This document shows positions 47,370 to 50,614 of a stretch of DNA of 50,614 nucleotides, one piece after another. The translations under genes and the position numbers were made by a program. Source of the stretch: Oopsacas minuta (taxonomy: Eukaryota > Animalia > Porifera); NCBI GenBank assembly GCA_024704765.1, contig JAKMXF010000049.1, positions 40,387 to 91,000 on the forward strand, given 5' to 3'. Under the pieces are notes generated by a model that saw only the letters and a list, made by a program, of their open reading frames with translations, ran no database searches and was not told where the DNA came from. Each line of letters begins with the position of its first letter. Position 1 is the stretch's first letter.

Positions 47370-47662
47370 CTAATGTTTCACCCAAACTTGTCAAAAACCT
47401 TGGGGTAGCTGAACATGAATTGAGCAGGTTTAGTTTATGCTATCGGTCTGGACCGGTCCATGAAATTCCCGGACCACTGCCACACTGATTCAACGGTTTT
47501 ACGGGGTAATCGAGTACGCTGATTCCGAATTTCGCACAATATACTAATGTTTAAATAATATACAGTCCTTTTTTGAAAAAATTAGGGGCACAAAGTGCCA
47601 AAAGAGTTACATGAGAACAGAGAGTGTTAGCAAGCCGCGCATCGGACATGCGAAACGGCTCG

Positions 47663-49729
47663 TCAATAATAATCTTCATATTCATAATGGCATTCATTGG
47701 AATAATATCCGTATTCATCATAATCCTGGCTATCATCTTCAGAATCAGAACTAGTTTCAGTTCCAGTTTCAGTGTCAGATTCTGAAACACTCTCCAAAAT
47801 AGTCTCTACAGACACTGCTCCCTTTGGTATCCAATCCACAAACAAAACCTCTTGATAAGCAGCTGCATAATTTTCCTATAATAATACAAGAAATTATTGG
47901 TAGATACTTAAGTATATATAGAATCAATCTGTAATATTAAATCTTCATTTAGTATTGTATAGGGAGATGGAATGGACGGTGTGCTACGTCCGTGCGAGTC
48001 TAGCAGTCGAATTAACATGAAAATTAGCATACATATAAATTTTGGGTCGGAGATTTTCACCTCGGGTATGAATAGTTTCTAAAGTGAATATTTCACACCT
48101 TTTTGGTGATTAATCATATATTCACACCTTTCTATGTAAAATACAAAAGCGAGCTAGAGATTAGGTTTCAACATGTTGTCAGGGGTATTGGGTGCGAAGA
48201 GTTCGATTTTGAGAATTCAGATAAATTCACAGATTTATCATATGATTAATCATATTTCATACCCTTGCATATAATTCAAAATGATGCTAGAAATTTCGTC
48301 TCAACTAAGTAAGCTAAATCCGAATTTCGCATACATGTTCAAGTTTATCATGTTTGTAAATAAAAAATTCATTTTACGTTTATGTCGGTGAGATTTTTGT
48401 AGACTTTTTAGTGTGTTGAAAGGTCACATTCCAAATTAGTGAAAAGTCACTTTTATTCTTAGGGGATAGGATTTTTTAATAGAAAATACTCGCCAACATA
48501 TAAATAAACAGATGTAAATTCATTGGTGTTTTTCAATATACAAAAGTAAACAAAGTATTAAAATCAGAAAGATACAGAGAGATTTACCCTCAACGGCTAT
48601 ATAGGGATAACCAAGTACGCTGAATCCGAATTTCGCATTTACCAGTTACTCATATGTAATATTCTTGTTGATTTTATGAATACTAGCGCGCTATAATAGA
48701 TATTTATGATTTGATTAAGACTAATTTGGTATATTTCATGTCAGAATTGAATATGAATTTGTAGACTGTATATTTGTGTACTGTTGGCCCAGTCATTTCC
48801 AGGAAATAGTTTCTAGCAAGTCCCCAATTTGTTGAAGAGTTTTTTATCAATCTACATATTTTGACAAGGAGTATTTTGATATTTTGCATGAAAATTGTCT
48901 TCGATTCCATTGAATAAATTATGCAATCGTAAAGGGATGGTCTTTTCTGACAAACACTGGGACCTGTAGTTCCATGTATGGGACATTGGCACCAAAGAAA
49001 AGCAACCTAAGAGTCACCATACGAAAAGCGCAGTTACCTCTATGTAAACTTACCGTCTCCTCCTTTTTACCTGGGGGTCTATCCCCCAGATATTCAAAAT
49101 AAGCGCCTATGTAAGGGGGTGCTGAGGTTGGAAAAGGTTAAGAAACGTTGCATTAGTGCATCTCCCTATCGGAGATGCACTAATAATCTGTAAAAGGAGC
49201 AGGCGAAGCTAGGATGAAAATCTTGTAGATTTAATAACATGTAGATGCTCTATCTACTGTTTTTGTAATTCCAATATTACAACGGGATACATAAATGCCG
49301 AATGAAATAATTAACAATTTAAACATTCACAATTACCTGTTTTTCACTGGTTAGATAATGATCTATATTGCATTGTAGAGTCAGGTCACAAGCTTCATAG
49401 TATACATTTGGATAATACTTTTTGAGATACTTAATGTCTATTTTGACAATTACAGTGCGTTCGTTGCCATATATTTCAGAAGTTTTCTGGTCAGCTGTAG
49501 CAGCCCAATCAATAGCACATTCCAAATCGGTTGTAGTAGAAATGAATCTTGATGGATTGGTTAAACCACTGGCTATATGCTGGTTTATAGTCCTCTTAGA
49601 ATGAGGAGCAACACAGAATAGATCCTGCTGGAAATCCTCATTAGGACGTAACGCACGATATAAATAGCGTTGTTTGAGTTCTGAGAGTCCATTGATGGGT
49701 CCATCAGAATTGTGATTATAAGATGCCAT
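47663..49729 (-). CDS. Putative R-S-E (cholera/pertussis toxin-class) ADP-ribosyltransferase-like protein with an acidic tail, 201 aa, 2 exons
   Basis: Exon 1 is 49337-49729 (131 codons, donor CAG|gtaatt). Exon 2 is 47663-47875 (acceptor tattattatag|GAA, phase 0, 70 codons plus stop). The joined protein has YLYRALRPNED (R), SRFISTTTD (S-T-T) and NYAAAYQEVLFVDWIP (E), then a Ser/Asp/Glu/Tyr-rich tail. Confidence 0.8.
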
Positions 49730-50311
49730 GAAGAATAGGTAAAATATTATTCTATTTTTACAGAATTTAACACAATTATAGAATGTTATACCCCAAACTT
49801 TTTGCAATATGGTAATAATCGCTATATGAGCCGTTATAGAGCATGTTGAGAGATGAAGAATGATCTAGAGAATTCTAAAATCGGTCAAGAACTAAAAATT
49901 TACAGCAATTCGAGCTTGTAAGCCAAAGTCTATGGAAAAATTGCAACTTCATTGAAGCCAAATATATTACACTAATAGTATTGCAAATAGCATAGTAGTG
50001 TGCATACAATACTACAACATACTTAATTAGCATTCCAATGTGTAAGTATTTTGTATTACCTATTAATCAATCTCTTAATTCATAAGTTATATAATGACAG
50101 TACAGACTCATATCAGATTCCTAGAATTACTTTAAATTGATTTAATGGTAGTGGTTCCACTGTTTCCCATATGATTTTTGGTCAAGTACTCATAACCAGG
50201 ATTGAAAGCAACCTCTGTCACCTATCATGTCTTAATCCTTATGCATATTAGACCTCTGCGCGGGGTGGGTGCGGCCCCACATCCTGACCCGCGCAGATGT
50301 CTAATGCAGAT

Positions 50312-50510
50312 ACAGTAGACCCTCGCTAATCCGAACAGAGGTGTTCCGATTAGCGAATTTGTTCGGATTAGTGAAGTAATACATTTATATGGGGAATTAT
50401 AAACATTATGCAACTCAAAATTATAGGAATAAATATAAGTAATAAGTAATATGTATTACAAATCAGATTATGGTACTGTAAGATATAATAGAAACCTCGC
50501 TAATCCGAAC
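50312..50510. mobile_element. pogo/Tigger-like MITE relic
   Basis: tacagtagaccctcgctaatccgaac...gttcggattagtga, with a second cctcgctaatccgaac near 50495. Confidence 0.55.
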
Positions 50511-50517
50511 GAAACAT

Positions 50518-50614
<97 letters not shown>
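50518..50614. repeat. (TAC)n microsatellite, about 32 units, running off the window end
   Basis: Perfect trinucleotide run. Confidence 0.98.

Noticed and set aside
48704-48910. 68-aa minus ORF as the second exon of the ART gene
   Set aside because: It lacks the EV[L/V]..IP catalytic motif. The exon at 47663-47875 supplies that motif with a clean acceptor and correct phase, so this ORF is intronic.
38556-49729. Bacterial contamination or a prophage as the source of the long intronless ORF and the toxin-like gene
   Set aside because: The ART gene has a GT-AG intron filled with host repeats, both genes are flanked by the same repeat families as the rest of the window, and VLIG GTPases are a eukaryotic family.
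50518-50614. Telomere
   Set aside because: (TAC)n is not the usual animal TTAGGG-type repeat; a microsatellite at a window or contig edge is simpler.

Overview
Eukaryotic (animal), AT-rich genomic DNA with GT-AG spliceosomal introns. I found no rRNA, tRNA or CRISPR array. The NHL-repeat gene style, the very short introns and the intronless housekeeping genes suggest a glass sponge such as Oopsacas; this is inference only. Genes assembled by hand from splice sites: the 3' ~899 codons of an RNF213-like E3 ligase with an intact RZ finger (13 exons, + strand, 5963-16001), then a minus-strand run of SLU7 (6 exons), HTATIP2/TIP30, an NHL beta-propeller gene with a decayed paralogue, the AMPK beta subunit and THOC5. 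The right end holds two genes of likely immune or conflict function that face each other. One is an intronless 2206-aa very-large-inducible-GTPase-like protein with N-terminal HTH-like repeats and a C-terminal vWA domain (38556-45176, +). The other is a 2-exon, 201-aa R-S-E (cholera/pertussis-toxin-class) ADP-ribosyltransferase-like gene with an acidic tail (47663-49729, -); the ORF track splits it, and its catalytic Glu lies in exon 2. Introns and intergenic DNA are full of transposon relics: an inverted MULE pair, a Ginger-like foldback carrying nested Tc1 and hAT MITEs, a P/Galileo-like foldback with a 7-bp TSD, a DIRS recombinase relic with an internal inversion, a frameshifted DD37D maT element, many MITEs and several near-perfect hairpins. 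All homology calls come from motif recognition, not database searches.
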